From positions 1,850,964-1,914,963 of the forward strand of contig OY969424.1 of the NCBI GenBank assembly GCA_963699235.1: a stretch of 64,000 nucleotides of DNA. The letters run 5' to 3'. Both the position numbers and the translations under genes were made by a program. The DNA comes from an uncultured Chloroflexia bacterium. Lineage in GTDB: Bacteria > Chloroflexota > Limnocylindria > QHBO01. Position 1 is the first letter of the stretch; every line of letters starts with the position of its first letter. The notes below the pieces were generated by a model, which was not told where the DNA came from, ran no database searches, and was given only the letters and a program-made list of their open reading frames with translations. This document shows, one piece after another, positions 63,264 to 64,000 of the stretch.

Positions 63264-64000
63264 TCAGCCCGGCCCGTCGGGTGCGCCGGACGCGGACGCG
63301 TCAGTCGCGTCGGCCGCCTTTACCGCGTGACCGCCGAACTCGTTGCGGAGGGCGGCCAGGACACGATCGGTGAAGCTGTCCGGGGAGCGGCGACTGCGCA
63401 GGCGCTGGATGAGCGCGAGGGTGATGATCGGAGCCGGTACGTCGTGCTCCAGGGCATCGGCCACGGTCCACCGGCCCTCGCCCGAGTCGGCGACCCAGCC
63501 GGCGATGCCGTCGAGGTCGTTGCCCTCCTTCTCGAAAGCACGGGCGGCCAGCTCGAGGAGCCATGACCGGATCACGCTGCCGTGGTTCCAGAGTCGCGCG
63601 ATGGCCGCCAGGTCGAGCTCGTAGTCCGAGGCGTGGAGGATGTCGAATCCCTCGCCGTAGGCTTCCATCAGCCCGTACTCGATCCCGTTGTGGACCATCT
63701 TGACGTAGTGCCCGGCACCCGCCGGACCGCAGTACAGGTAGCCGTCGGGGGGAGCGAGGGTGGCGATCGCCGGCTCGAGTCGCTCGAACGCGGCGCGGTC
63801 GCCGCCGACCATCGCGCAGAACCCGACCTGCAGGCCCCAGACCCCGCCCGACACGCCCATGTCGAGGAACGTGAGGCCATGGGCTGCCAGCTCGGTGGCG
63901 CGGCGGGCGCTGTCGCGGAAGTTCGCGTTCCCGGTGTCCACCATGACGTCGCCCACCGACATGAGCGGGACGAGCCGATCGATGAGCTCCTGGGTGGCGT
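63264..64000 (-). CDS. gnd: 6-phosphogluconate dehydrogenase, decarboxylating (short Gnd/YqeC type); the 5' end lies beyond the right edge
   Basis: DTGNANF, FLDMGVSGG, GAGHYVKMVHNGIEYG and WNHGSVIRSWLLEL. The reading frame is still open at position 64000. Confidence 0.85.
   Translation of the reverse strand, partial: ATQELIDRLVPLMSVGDVMVDTGNANFRDSARRATELAAHGLTFLDMGVSGGVWGLQVGFCAMVGGDRAAFERLEPAIATLAPPDGYLYCGPAGAGHYVKMVHNGIEYGLMEAYGEGFDILHASDYELDLAAIARLWNHGSVIRSWLLELAARAFEKEGNDLDGIAGWVADSGEGRWTVADALEHDVPAPIITLALIQRLRSRRSPDSFTDRVLAALRNEFGGHAVKAADATDASASGAPDGPG

Overview
This is a GC-rich window (roughly two-thirds G+C by eye, not computed) that looks like Actinobacteria or another Terrabacteria lineage. 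I call about 60 genes. Many neighbours overlap by ATGA, GTGA or TGATG at stop/start junctions. I found no rRNA, tRNA, CRISPR array, transposase or integrase.

Most of the window is cell-envelope glycan biosynthesis, in three blocks separated by housekeeping genes.
- Block A (1-8.6 kb): a PglF/PglE/PglC-like initiating trio, two tandem beta-helix paralogs (one broken) and a Wzx-like flippase.
- Housekeeping (9.7-16 kb): VanZ-like protein, M20 peptidase, fabD, fabF, a NUDIX hydrolase and cysS.
- Block B (16-28 kb): two GT4 transferases, an ATP-grasp ligase, a FemAB/GNAT-like protein, a Wzz-like protein, a deacetylase, a second flippase, a Wzy_C-type polymerase/ligase and an AsnB-like amidotransferase.
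- Wall proteins (29.4-33.4 kb): two tandem secreted paralogs, each with three CWB2 cell-wall-binding repeats, a Ca-binding motif and a C-terminal lectin-like domain.
- Block C (33.6-57 kb): an aldo/keto reductase, a GT-C-like membrane protein, a CPBP protease, two unrelated sulfotransferases, a beta-helix protein, a GH16-like protein, an LPNTA-sorted protein, an RmlC-like epimerase, an SAF-domain oxidoreductase, GT2/GT4/GT2 transferases and a third flippase. It also holds a full GDP-D-glycero-alpha-D-manno-heptose pathway (gmhA, an hddC-gmhB fusion, hddA, plus an SDR epimerase). sat and cysC (PAPS synthesis) sit immediately upstream, and nrnA (PAP phosphatase) is divergent from sat.
- Right edge: the oxidative pentose-phosphate operon gnd-zwf-opcA-pgl.

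Main hypothesis (inference): the window encodes a sulfated, heptose-containing wall glycan or S-layer-type glycan system, physically coupled to CWB2-anchored lectin-like surface proteins.

Caveat: at least eight single-nucleotide frame disruptions hit otherwise intact genes (a beta-helix paralog, the SAF oxidoreductase, a GT2 and sat). These are either real pseudogenisation or assembly indel errors, and the sequence alone cannot tell them apart.
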